Source: an uncultured Alphaproteobacteria bacterium
GTDB lineage: Bacteria > Pseudomonadota > Alphaproteobacteria > Rickettsiales > UBA998
Assembly: GCA_963803575.1 (NCBI GenBank)
Contig: CAWDMW010000002.1
Location: forward strand, 1,314,308-1,378,307
Direction of reading: 5' to 3'
Length of the DNA: 64,000 nucleotides
The position numbers and the translations under genes were made by a program. The notes beneath the pieces are model-generated. The model did no database searches and had not been told where the DNA came from. It saw only the letters and a program-made list of their open reading frames with translations. This document shows, piece by piece, positions 7,994 to 17,316 of this stretch. Positions within the stretch are counted from its first letter, which is position 1, and every line of letters begins with the position of its first letter.

Positions 7994-9949
7994 ATGACGC
8001 AAGAATCTGCAATCGACCAATCCGACAATCAGGCGCAACCTGCCTCAGAATCACGGGAATTTTCTGCTGAGATAAGTAAAGTGCTAAAGCTGATGATTCA
8101 CTCGCTTTACACCAATAAAGATATTTTCCTGCGGGAATTAATCTCTAATGCATCCGATGCGTGTGACAAGTTGCGCTATATGTCACTGACTGATAACGGT
8201 TTGATGGAAGGTGAAAGTGAATTGCGTATCACGGTGTCACATGATGAAACAGCGAACACGATTCAGATTACTGATACCGGCATTGGAATGGATAAGCAGG
8301 ATCTTATTGCCAACCTAGGCACCATTGCCAAGTCAGGAACAGAAGACTTTTTGAGCCAGCTGACAGGAGATAAGGATAAAGATGTATCGTTAATTGGCCA
8401 GTTTGGTGTAGGGTTTTATGCTTCATTCATGGTGGCTGACAGAGTTGAAGTACGCAGCCGTAAAGCAGGCACGTCTGAAAACTGGTTATGGGAATCTACG
8501 GGTGATGGTAAGTTTACTGTGACCTTACTGGAGGATACCTTGCCACGTGGCACCAGCATTACACTGTTTATGCGCGAAGATGCAAAGGATTATGTTTCTA
8601 CATTCCGCTTACGTAATATTATCGAAACATATTCTGACCATATTAGCTTCCCGATTTACCAACGTCCTGTAACACATGAAGGGCAGGGCGATCCCGAGTT
8701 GGTTAACGCGGGAGGTGCCTTGTGGAGCCGTCAGAAATCCGACATTACGGACGAACAATATGAAGAGTTCTATCACCACGTGGCACACGCGCCGGACACG
8801 CCATGGCTGACACTGCATAACACGATTGAAGGTAAGACATCTTACACGAATTTGTTATTTATTCCTTCAACCAAACCCTTTGACTTGTTTCATCCGGAAC
8901 GACGCAGACGTGTTAAGCTTTATGTAAAACGTGTATTTATTACAGAAGAAAATGTGGATATTGTGCCGCATTATTTGCGCTTCCTGCGTGGTATCGTAGA
9001 TTCTGATGATCTTCCGCTCAACATTAGCCGTGAAACCCTGCAGGATAACCCTAAGTTACGCCAGATTCGTGAAAGCCTGACAAGTAAGGTATTAAGCGAA
9101 CTCAAGAAGAAAGCGTCTAAAGATGCAAAGAGTTACAAAGTGTTTTGGGAGAATTTTGGCGCGGTATTGAAAGAGGGCTTGTGTGAAGCAGATGCACCAA
9201 AAGAAAAGATTTTGGACGTGTGTCATTTTCATTCCAGCACTAGCGATGGTACAACCATTGCTGACTATCTATCCAGAAAAAAAGATCAGCAAAAGGATAT
9301 TTTTTACCTGACCGCAGACACATTAGACGCTGCCACGCATAGCCCGTTGCTGGACGGATTTAAACAGCGTGGTATTGAAGTATTGCTATTTACAGATCAT
9401 GTGGATGATTTCTGGGTCAATGTGGTTGGGCAATATCAGGATGTAGCGTTTAAATCTATTACTCGCAGTGACATTGATCTGGATGAGATTGTTGCATTAG
9501 ATAACAATGATGCAGCAGACGATGAAACAAAAGGTACAAAACAAGACGCATCACTGGATGAAAGCACTATACAGACGTTAGTGCAGGCGTTAAAGTCCTA
9601 CTATGATGACAACACCATTAAAGATGTGCGCTCTACCGGAAAGCTTGGCGATGCTCTTTCCTGCTTTGCTGTGGAAGAAGGTGCTATGGATATGCGTATG
9701 GAACGTTTCTTAATGGATCATAAGCAGTTACCTCGCCGTAGCGCACGTATTTTGGAACTAAATACCAAGCATCCTTTTTTCGAGTATCTTGCAACAATTG
9801 CCAGTGACGATAGTGAAAAAGACACGTTTGACAAGTGCGCTGCAATGCTAGTGGATCAAGCGCGTATTATTGAAGGGGAACCTGTTGAAGACGCTGCGGC
9901 ATTTGCCAGCCGCTTTGCCACTTTAATGGTCAAAGCATACAAGAAATAG
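7994..9949 (+). CDS. htpG: molecular chaperone HtpG (Hsp90)
   Basis: 651 aa with ...FSAEISKVLKLMIHSLYTNKDIFLRELISNASDACDKLRY... and the GHKL ATPase motif GQFGVGFYS-type (GQFGVGFYASFMVA). Confidence 0.95.
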   Translation: MTQESAIDQSDNQAQPASESREFSAEISKVLKLMIHSLYTNKDIFLRELISNASDACDKLRYMSLTDNGLMEGESELRITVSHDETANTIQITDTGIGMDKQDLIANLGTIAKSGTEDFLSQLTGDKDKDVSLIGQFGVGFYASFMVADRVEVRSRKAGTSENWLWESTGDGKFTVTLLEDTLPRGTSITLFMREDAKDYVSTFRLRNIIETYSDHISFPIYQRPVTHEGQGDPELVNAGGALWSRQKSDITDEQYEEFYHHVAHAPDTPWLTLHNTIEGKTSYTNLLFIPSTKPFDLFHPERRRRVKLYVKRVFITEENVDIVPHYLRFLRGIVDSDDLPLNISRETLQDNPKLRQIRESLTSKVLSELKKKASKDAKSYKVFWENFGAVLKEGLCEADAPKEKILDVCHFHSSTSDGTTIADYLSRKKDQQKDIFYLTADTLDAATHSPLLDGFKQRGIEVLLFTDHVDDFWVNVVGQYQDVAFKSITRSDIDLDEIVALDNNDAADDETKGTKQDASLDESTIQTLVQALKSYYDDNTIKDVRSTGKLGDALSCFAVEEGAMDMRMERFLMDHKQLPRRSARILELNTKHPFFEYLATIASDDSEKDTFDKCAAMLVDQARIIEGEPVEDAAAFASRFATLMVKAYKK

Positions 9950-9960
9950 CCGATACTATG

Positions 9961-10167
9961 TTACGCGATAATATCAGGGTATAATGTATTTTCTAAATTG
10001 GTGATCTGGTCACGGATCGCCAATTTTTCTTTCTTGTATCGCGATATGGAAAACTCATCATAGGGTGTTTGTTTAAGAGTTGCGTTCATCTGGTGTTCGA
10101 TCGTGCGATGTTCGCGTCTTAATCCGTCCAGTTTTTTATACAATGCTATTTCGTTATCGTCTTCCAT
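9961..10167 (-). CDS. DUF465 (YdcH-like) small coiled-coil protein
   Basis: 68 aa. ...LDGLRREHRTIEHQMN...ISRYKKEKLAIRDQITNLE matches the DUF465 pattern (H..LD..I ... LKK.KL.LKDEI). Confidence 0.6.
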   Translation of the reverse strand: MEDDNEIALYKKLDGLRREHRTIEHQMNATLKQTPYDEFSISRYKKEKLAIRDQITNLENTLYPDIIA

Positions 10168-10271
10168 CTACGTCCTCAATATACTAAAAACTATGACATA
10201 ATAGCACAGACCCCAACAGCAGAGCAATATGCTATTGCTGTTTCATAAGCAAGTTTTCTTAAAGCCTGATG

Positions 10272-12221
10272 CTATATGGCTATTTGCATACTGGGAGCAT
10301 TATCACGATACTTCGTAATGTTTTGATGTGCTTCTTTAACAGCGCGACCAAACTCTGCAGCAGAATAATGGGCAGATGCTTCTTTCATTACCTCATACCG
10401 GCTTGTCAATTCCTGCATTCCTTTCTCGCTAGACTGAGCGTCAATAATGGTTTCAAACATATCTGCCATATTTCGCGCGAAGCCTTTTTTACTTTGATCC
10501 GTATTGATAATGAATGCGCCTGGCTGCTCATCCGTACCTTTCAGAATGTCCGCAGCACCCACACCATCTGTTGTGATAATCGTCATGGCCGTTCCTTCAA
10601 TATCTGACTTCGCGTCTACGGCTTCACGTACTGTTAGATCATGCCCGTCTTTCATGCCAGCGCCTATTGCGCCGACAACATTTTCATGCCTTAGCAGTCC
10701 CATCAAATCTCCGTGATTAATGCTTTGAGGAATAACAATAATACTACCCTCATATTTCTCATGAAGTGATCGAGCATAATCAATTACGGTATCCTGATAT
10801 TCCTTATATCCCGGAACCGTAGAACGTGTGGGCTGCAGCCCTAATACAAAATGCGTATTTCCCTGCTCTTCGGGATGTTCGGATAAATACACATCCATCG
10901 CCTGAAGTTTCTCCATCGTATTTTTAGTGAAGTCATTTCGGTGCCAGCTGGCAATGATATGATGGCCATCATCCAAAGCATTATAATGCTCCAGTAACTG
11001 ACCTAACGTAATAGTATCAGGCGCACCATTTTCTACCATATTAGTCGTATCTGTTGCACCCAACGTGATTCCTGAACGAGCAAGATTATCTAAAGTAATC
11101 GCTGTAGGGGTTTGATGGTCATAATGTTTCGATGCATCATAATGGGCAATAGAGTCATGATGTGCTTGAGCCTCCTCACGATTTTGGTCTTGTGAGATAC
11201 CCACGGGCATCGTCATTAACGTGACACTATGTCCGAAAGCTTTGATAGGTTTTTGAGATGCAACACCGAAGCTCTCATCTATAACCAATTTCCCTTGAGG
11301 GTAGAGATGTTCGTTAGCCATAGCAAAGTGTCCCTGACCATACTCCTTATCATGTAAATGCTCAACCACTTCGATAAAGTTTTGCATATCTACAGGGCGT
11401 TGAAAGCTGATAAGGCCGTTTTGCGTGCGGTTTTGTATATAATCATTGAAAAAATCAGTTTCCAGTAATGGCATGGCTTCTTGACCCTCACCATTTTCAA
11501 ATGTCACTTTCTTCAGGTAATCTAATGATGGAAATGGCGTGTGACGGCTAAAAATTCCTCCGGGCACGTCAATACACTGGTAGTCATGCACCCATAAGGT
11601 ATCACGATCAGTGATAAGTTCAGCCTTGGAAGGCTCGCCATTATCCATGACGGGCAAATCATGCTTGAGTCGATCCAGTGCAATATTAGCCAGACCGTTA
11701 AATTCTTTGAATTGCGAGTAAGCTTGTTCAACATATTCAAGTGAGGTTGAAACACTCTGATCTGCTTGAGTTGCCTTTTGAAATTGAGGAGTATGGCGCA
11801 GATCAAAAAGATATTCCTGCTTTTCCTGCTCTACATCGTTAAACATGGAAGAAGGATTTTGGTACGTTTCCGGATCCATGGAATGAAAGACCGGCCAAAG
11901 CACGCCATTGGCAATAACGTTATATTGTGCATTTGCTAATGACTCAGGCACGGGAAAAGTGATGACACGTACGTCTTTTCCTTCAGGGCTGGTGATAACA
12001 TCTTCATTTAGCTGAAACTTATTTTCATCTCGCAGTGTTTTCCAGCGTTCGTCACTAATCGTATCTCCCGGGCCAATCCAGATATCTGGCTCTGTGCTAC
12101 CAATAACTAATACTGCACCTCCTGCAATGCCATTGACAGGTGGTCTGTTACTGTAAGCGATGAGTTTGCCGTCTTCCTGACGAGACTGTTTGATATAATC
12201 GCTAAAAGAAGTAACTGGCAT
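10272..12221 (-). CDS. divergent GT20-family glycosyltransferase (trehalose-6-phosphate-synthase/OtsA-like), 649 aa with large insertions
   Basis: OtsA-equivalent blocks are recognisable: SNRPP...GGA, ANGVLWPVFH, LWVHDYQ, SRHTPFPS, WHRNDFTKN (the R.D..KG block) and GMKDGHDLTVRE (the RDGMNLVAKE block). It is about 180 aa longer than OtsA, and no otsB is nearby. Confidence 0.6.
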   Translation of the reverse strand: MPVTSFSDYIKQSRQEDGKLIAYSNRPPVNGIAGGAVLVIGSTEPDIWIGPGDTISDERWKTLRDENKFQLNEDVITSPEGKDVRVITFPVPESLANAQYNVIANGVLWPVFHSMDPETYQNPSSMFNDVEQEKQEYLFDLRHTPQFQKATQADQSVSTSLEYVEQAYSQFKEFNGLANIALDRLKHDLPVMDNGEPSKAELITDRDTLWVHDYQCIDVPGGIFSRHTPFPSLDYLKKVTFENGEGQEAMPLLETDFFNDYIQNRTQNGLISFQRPVDMQNFIEVVEHLHDKEYGQGHFAMANEHLYPQGKLVIDESFGVASQKPIKAFGHSVTLMTMPVGISQDQNREEAQAHHDSIAHYDASKHYDHQTPTAITLDNLARSGITLGATDTTNMVENGAPDTITLGQLLEHYNALDDGHHIIASWHRNDFTKNTMEKLQAMDVYLSEHPEEQGNTHFVLGLQPTRSTVPGYKEYQDTVIDYARSLHEKYEGSIIVIPQSINHGDLMGLLRHENVVGAIGAGMKDGHDLTVREAVDAKSDIEGTAMTIITTDGVGAADILKGTDEQPGAFIINTDQSKKGFARNMADMFETIIDAQSSEKGMQELTSRYEVMKEASAHYSAAEFGRAVKEAHQNITKYRDNAPSMQIAI

Positions 12222-12395
12222 AGATATCCTATATTAAAAAAAAATTAAAAAGCTGATTCCTGCTTTAAGCACATCATTGAATATTAGTAAAGAAAAATAA
12301 TCTCTGTATCTGGGTTTTAAGTATTCTGATATATCAAAGTACTTTAATACATTTAAATCATGTGTATATAATAGTGGCTTGGCTAATATTTTAGA

Positions 12396-12428
12396 GAATG
12401 TCAGTGACACAAAGCATCACTGACATTC
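12396..12428 (-). terminator. 12-bp perfect hairpin just downstream of nrdB (probable terminator)
   Basis: GAATGTCAGTGA-cacaaagca-TCACTGACATTC lies 9 nt after the nrdB stop. The trailing U-tract on the minus strand is weak (TCTAAAATATT). Confidence 0.5.
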
Positions 12429-12436
12429 CCTGTGCA

Positions 12437-13399
12437 CTAACCTGCAAAAGCTTCTTCCCATGATCCCGTAGTGGCTGCTTTACTGTACTCAGTAACACGG
12501 TTTTCAAAGAAATTAGTATGCTCTACACCATTAAGAATCTCATCCATCCATGGTAGCGGGTGCGTACCAATATGGTACATAGGAGCCAGCCCCAATTGCG
12601 TTAGGCGTCTGTCACCAATGAAGCGGATATAGCGTTTCACATCTTCTGGCGTTAGCCCTTCAATACCACCAACACCGAAGGCCAGATCAATAAAGGCGTC
12701 TTCCAGCGTAATGATGGTATCACAAATCTTTTTCAAGTCGCGCTCATGCTCATCTGTATCCACTTCAGGGTTTTCTTGCTTAAAGGTATGATATAAGCGG
12801 ATAATGGATTCTGTGTGAAGTGATTCATCACGTGCAGACCAAGCCACAATCTGCCCCATACCTTTCATCTTGCCAAAACGTTGAAAATTCAGCAAAATAG
12901 CGAACGAAGCAAAGAGTTGTAATCCTTCCGTAAACGCACCAAAAGCCGCCAGCGTGCGCGCAATGCCGTCATTGGTGTCTGTGCCAAAGGTGTGCATATA
13001 GTCATATTTATCTTTCATTTCTTTATAGGATAAAAATGCCTGATATTCGGTTTCCGGCATTCCGAGCGTATCGAGCAGGTGGCTATAGGCGGCAATATGG
13101 ATGGTTTCCATATTGGAAAACGCAGCCAGCATCATCTGCACTTCGGTGGGTTGAAACACTTGCGAATAATGCTTCATATAGCAGTTATTCACTTCAATAT
13201 CGCTTTGGGTAAAGAAACGGAAAATTTGGGTGAGCAGATGCTTTTCATCCGCCGTCATGGTGGTTTTCCAGTCCTTCACATCATCGGCCAGCGGCACTTC
13301 CTCCGGCAACCAGTGAATACGCTGCTGCATCAGCCACGCATCATATGCCCACGGGTAAGAGAATGGTTTGTAAATCGGTTGTGCGTTTAGTAGGGTCAT
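12437..13399 (-). CDS. nrdB: ribonucleoside-diphosphate reductase beta subunit (class I, Tyr-radical type)
   Basis: MTLLNAQPIYKPFSYPWAYDAWLMQQRIHWLPEEV..., iron ligand and radical region ETIHIAAYSHLL, and ...AWSARDESLH. The ORF is open to 13462, but the ATG at 13399 gives the conserved N-terminus. Confidence 0.93.
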   Translation of the reverse strand: MTLLNAQPIYKPFSYPWAYDAWLMQQRIHWLPEEVPLADDVKDWKTTMTADEKHLLTQIFRFFTQSDIEVNNCYMKHYSQVFQPTEVQMMLAAFSNMETIHIAAYSHLLDTLGMPETEYQAFLSYKEMKDKYDYMHTFGTDTNDGIARTLAAFGAFTEGLQLFASFAILLNFQRFGKMKGMGQIVAWSARDESLHTESIIRLYHTFKQENPEVDTDEHERDLKKICDTIITLEDAFIDLAFGVGGIEGLTPEDVKRYIRFIGDRRLTQLGLAPMYHIGTHPLPWMDEILNGVEHTNFFENRVTEYSKAATTGSWEEAFAG

Positions 13400-13403
13400 G
13401 GTG

Positions 13404-13742
13404 TTAGTCCTTTGGTTGATTAAGTTGTTGGAGTAAGGCGGGGAGGTGAATGGTAATGACACCGATAACAGATTCGTGGTCTATACCATTGAGATAATCG
13501 TGAACCAGTATATTTCTAAACCCCGATATCTTTCCCCATGGAATATTGGGGCGGGATTGTTTGAAATCCTCCGATAAACGCTGAGCCGACTCTGACAATG
13601 TTTGCAAACGTCTAATGACTGCATCATACGTTACATCATCTGATAGTGCCTCTTCTATCGTATCAAAGCGACCAATGTATTTTTCTATATGTCTGGCATC
13701 CTCCTGAATACGGTCAATATAGAGAATATTGCTTTTAGCCAT
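13404..13742 (-). CDS. hepT: HepT (HEPN/DUF86) toxin of a type VII MntA/HepT TA pair
   Basis: 112 aa with the Rx4H motif in GFRNILVHDY. It overlaps the upstream MNT gene by 1 nt (TAATG). Confidence 0.85.
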   Translation of the reverse strand: MAKSNILYIDRIQEDARHIEKYIGRFDTIEEALSDDVTYDAVIRRLQTLSESAQRLSEDFKQSRPNIPWGKISGFRNILVHDYLNGIDHESVIGVITIHLPALLQQLNQPKD

Positions 13743-14059
13743 TACAATATGTTCCCTTGTAGCGATATAGCATCTTGTACAATGGACTCTATAAACACTG
13801 GATGCATTTTGTTGCTACTCATGATAACATCAACATATCGTCCAAGCAATTCAGTTGCGTCATATTGAAACCCGCCAAGATCAAATAGCGAGAAATGCTT
13901 GCTGTCAAAATCCACCAGCAAATCAATGTCACTGTCAGGCCGCTCTTCACCCCGCGCTACTGACCCAACCACACGGATGTTGGAGACGCCATGCTGTTTT
14001 GCAAGTGTAAGAAGGGCGTGCTGGTTTTGTTGGATGTGTTGGAGGAGAGGGGTGGTCAC
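13742..14059 (-). CDS. mntA: MntA minimal nucleotidyltransferase antitoxin
   Basis: 105 aa with the GSVARGEERPDSDIDLLVDF (GS..RG...D.D) NTase motif. GTG start. Confidence 0.85.
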   Translation of the reverse strand: MTTPLLQHIQQNQHALLTLAKQHGVSNIRVVGSVARGEERPDSDIDLLVDFDSKHFSLFDLGGFQYDATELLGRYVDVIMSSNKMHPVFIESIVQDAISLQGNIL

Positions 14060-14083
14060 TGTTTTATCTCGACTTGCTAAGAG

Positions 14084-14923
14084 TTACTTTTTATCATGCT
14101 CACTTTTAGTAACAAAAAGTCTAAGTAATTCATAGTGTGGACTGTCCTTAACTAAGTCCCAAATCTTTTCCTTATCCATGCTAGCTGAATCCTGAAATAA
14201 ATCTTTTAATAAACTGGAACGAATATTTTTCTTATAATCTTCTTTTTGGCTTTCTGGCAATTCCTTTATTTGCATGTAGGCAAGTTTCAACCTCAAACAG
14301 TCAAGTTGACGACGCTCTATATCAGGAATAGCTCGTAAATGAGTTTTATGTATATTTGTTCCAACTATAACAACTAGCGATACAAGCAGGAAAATATATA
14401 AGTGATAGTCAGAGTAAGCCAAAAAATCAAAATCTTTATCTATTATTTTTTTTGAATTTTTTGAATCAGTAGTTAGCATCATTATTAATAATATCAATAC
14501 TCCAATCATGACCGGCATGACAAACATATTGGCTAAAGCATGATTCGCACGCTTTGTATGGCTTTCTACCGCCGATTTACATATTTCATATTCACGTATA
14601 AGATAGTCAGTCGCCGATTCAGGTGTTTTATTTGATCTTTTTACTAAGCACGGAATCTTTTTTAATATTTCTTTATATTTACATAAAGAAATATAGTAAG
14701 ATATTGCAATGAATATAGCATAAACTATAGCTAGTGCGTATGTTTTATTATAAGATACATTATCTAGAATATTAAAAAACAAAAATGTTACTACAGCTAA
14801 TCCAGTAAATATACCAAAACATTTTAGTAAGGTATAAAACCTAAAGCTGCTAATAATATCATTAGCAATTCTGTTGTTGTTTGGATGATCTGTAATTTCT
14901 AAAGTGTTGTTTTCTACTGACAT
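14084..14923 (-). CDS. hypothetical 4-TM membrane protein with charged helical C-terminal tail (AT-rich island)
   Basis: 279 aa. Hydrophobic spans are LLKCFGIFTGLAVVTFLFFNIL, YALAIVYAIFIAISYYISL, MFVMPVMIGVLILLIMMLT and LYIFLLVSLVVIVGT. I recognised no family motif. About 22% GC in sampled 60-mers. Confidence 0.6.
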   Translation of the reverse strand: MSVENNTLEITDHPNNNRIANDIISSFRFYTLLKCFGIFTGLAVVTFLFFNILDNVSYNKTYALAIVYAIFIAISYYISLCKYKEILKKIPCLVKRSNKTPESATDYLIREYEICKSAVESHTKRANHALANMFVMPVMIGVLILLIMMLTTDSKNSKKIIDKDFDFLAYSDYHLYIFLLVSLVVIVGTNIHKTHLRAIPDIERRQLDCLRLKLAYMQIKELPESQKEDYKKNIRSSLLKDLFQDSASMDKEKIWDLVKDSPHYELLRLFVTKSEHDKK

Positions 14924-14971
14924 ATTATATTTCTTTAATACCTAGTTATTATGTTAATTGGAAAATTAATT

Positions 14972-15445
14972 TCATCGTAAAAATCTATTCATATCATAGT
15001 TATATGAAAATCTTTCAATCTTGTTTTTATTTGGATGCCTTTTCCAACTTATTAGAAACTTTATAGTGTCAGGTGATTTAAAATTAAGAACATCTGAACT
15101 GCCATAAAATTGCAGGCGAAAAATTACTGGATATTTACTATTTGGTGTTAGTAAATCTATTTTATGTTCAGAAAGTCTTTCGTTTTTTTGATTGGATTCA
15201 TCGTATATTTTGACTCCAATGCTGTACGCAGTTGCATTTCCTTGGTTTCTTACTTGCAAAACAAAGCAATCTTTACTTTGAGATTTTTCCACACTTATTT
15301 TGGCAACAACATGAGGCTGTGCCATTGCTCTGACCATTTTTGCTGTATAAACAGCTAAAACGAGGGTAGCGAAAAGTAAACCTACAGTGGCAGTCGCAAT
15401 AACAATATTAGAAAAAAGCTGTATTGTTTGTGGGTTAAACTCCAT
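14972..15445 (-). CDS. hypothetical 1-TM anchored protein with beta-rich (Ig/CARDB-like?) domain (AT-rich island)
   Basis: 157 aa. The N-terminal helix is IVIATATVGLLFATLVLAVYTA, followed by alternating beta-like segments (CFVLQVRNQGNATAYSIGVKIYD). The start is 9 nt after the nrdA stop, preceded by a GAGAAG-type RBS. Confidence 0.6.
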   Translation of the reverse strand: MEFNPQTIQLFSNIVIATATVGLLFATLVLAVYTAKMVRAMAQPHVVAKISVEKSQSKDCFVLQVRNQGNATAYSIGVKIYDESNQKNERLSEHKIDLLTPNSKYPVIFRLQFYGSSDVLNFKSPDTIKFLISWKRHPNKNKIERFSYNYDMNRFLR

Positions 15446-15454
15446 CTTACTTCT

Positions 15455-17283
15455 CTACTGACACGCCAGACATTCCTCGTAATTATTGTCGGCTTGCACG
15501 CCTTCATTGCGTTGTTTTTTGGCAAGTAAGGACATCTCCATTTGTACAGTTGGCTTGTTTTCATTGCCCACTTTTTCTGAGCGTTGCAGCGAGGTGGAGC
15601 GACAATAATAGAGGGACTTCACGCCTTTTTCCCATGCTTTGAAGTGCAACAGATGCAAGTCACGTTTACTGACATTAGCGGGCAGGAACAGATTGATGGA
15701 TTGTGCTTGTGAAATAAATCCACTGCGATCTGCTGCGTGTTCAACCACCCAGTATTGGTCAATTTCCTGTGCAGTGCGGAAGGTATCTTTTTCATGTTGC
15801 GTGAGAAAGTCCAGATGTTGTACCGAGCCTTCATTGCGGGCAATATCGTTCCAGACATCTTCTACATCTTGGTCTTTTGAAGCAAGCAGTGCTTTTAAAT
15901 GTTTGTTGCGTACAGCGAATGATCCTGACAGGGTTTTTTGGGTAAACACATTGGCCGCAACGGGTTCAATGCCAGGGGAGGCGTTGCCGGCAATAATGGA
16001 GATGCTGGCGGTTGGTGCAATCGCGGTTTTATTAGAGAAACGTTGCATCATGCCCGCTTCCTCCGCATCCGGGCAAGCGCCGCGTTCCTGCGCTAACAAC
16101 ACACTGGCTGCTTCCACTTGTGTGTGAATATTGGCAAAGATTTTCTTGTTCCATGACTTAGAGACAACGGATTCAAATGGCACTCCCTTACCTTGTAAAA
16201 ACGAATGAAAGCCCATTACGCCCAAGCCCACACTACGCTCACGGGTGGCAGAATATGTTGCACGTGCCATAGAATCCGGTGCATTATCGATGAAGTCTTG
16301 CAAGACATTATCCAGAAATCGCATAATATCTTCGATCATCTGCGGATGGTCTTTCCATTCTTCATAGGTTTCTAAGTTCAATGAAGACAGGCAGCATACG
16401 GCGGTACGTGATTCGCCCAAATGGTCATAGCCTGTGGGTAGCGTAATTTCACTGCATAAATTGGAAGTTTTGACTTGCAGCCCCAGTGTTTTATGATGCT
16501 CAGGGATATGGTTATTGACGTTATCAATAAACAACATATATGGCTCACCCGTTTCAATGCGCGCAAGCAATAGCTTTACCCATAAATCACGCGCACGCAC
16601 GGAGGTGATGATGTCACGCGTTTTTGGGCTGAGCAAATTCCAGTCCGCATCTCGCGCACCGCTTCCATGAAGGCATCACTAATGGAAACGCCATGATGGA
16701 TATTGAGGGTTTTACGGTTAGGATCACCGCCTGTTGGGCGACGAATATCAATAAATTCCTCAATTTCTGGATGGTCTATTGGCATATACACCGCTGAGGA
16801 GCCACGACGCAAGGAACCTTGCGAAATAGCCAGTGTCAGAGAATCCTGCACGCGCATGAACGGCACCACGCCAGAGGTTTTGCCGTTGCCGCGTACTTTC
16901 TCACCGATAGAGCGCAGATTCCCCCAGTAAGAGCCAATGCCACCGCCACGAGAAGCCAGCCAGACATTTTCATTCCATAAATCCACAATGCCTTGCAAGC
17001 TGTCATCCGTTTCATTCAAGTAGCACGAAATAGGCATACCGCGCTTGGTGCCACCGTTAGACAGGATAGGGGTGGCCGGCATAAACCAGTGCTGCGAAAT
17101 ATAGTCATAGAGGCGTTGTGCGTGGTCTGCATCATCAGCAAAAGCACTGGCCACGCGCGCAAACATACCCTGAAAATCTTCGCCTTCCAGCAGGTAACGA
17201 TCTTGCAATGTTGCTTTACCAAATGCAGTGAGTTTTGCATCGCGGGACGGATCAATGGTGATAGGGTGAGTTAACGTGGTCAT
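15455..17283 (-). pseudogene. nrdA: ribonucleoside-diphosphate reductase alpha subunit (cone-less, about 607 aa) interrupted by a 1-nt frameshift near 16652
   Basis: Two overlapping ORFs (16576..17283 and 15455..16636) together give a continuous NrdA sequence: ...NIHHGVSISDAFMEAVR[E/D]DADWNLLSPKTRDIITSVRARDLWVKLL...NLCSEITLP.... The frame changes between CGC (R) and GAT (D). Confidence 0.85.
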
Positions 17284-17316
17284 ATGCGGTTGCCCCTTTG
17301 ATTTTTATGAATACAT

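Noticed and set aside
15639-16127. 162-aa plus-strand ORF inside nrdA
   Set aside because: It is antisense to conserved NrdA coding sequence. The Cys/Ser/Arg-rich translation is implausible.
16576-16700. Programmed ribosomal frameshift or a deliberately split nrdA
   Set aside because: There is no slippery heptamer or homopolymer at the junction (GCGGTGCGCGAGATGCGGAC). The downstream piece has only a TTG and no RBS. A simple 1-nt loss or a sequence error is more parsimonious.
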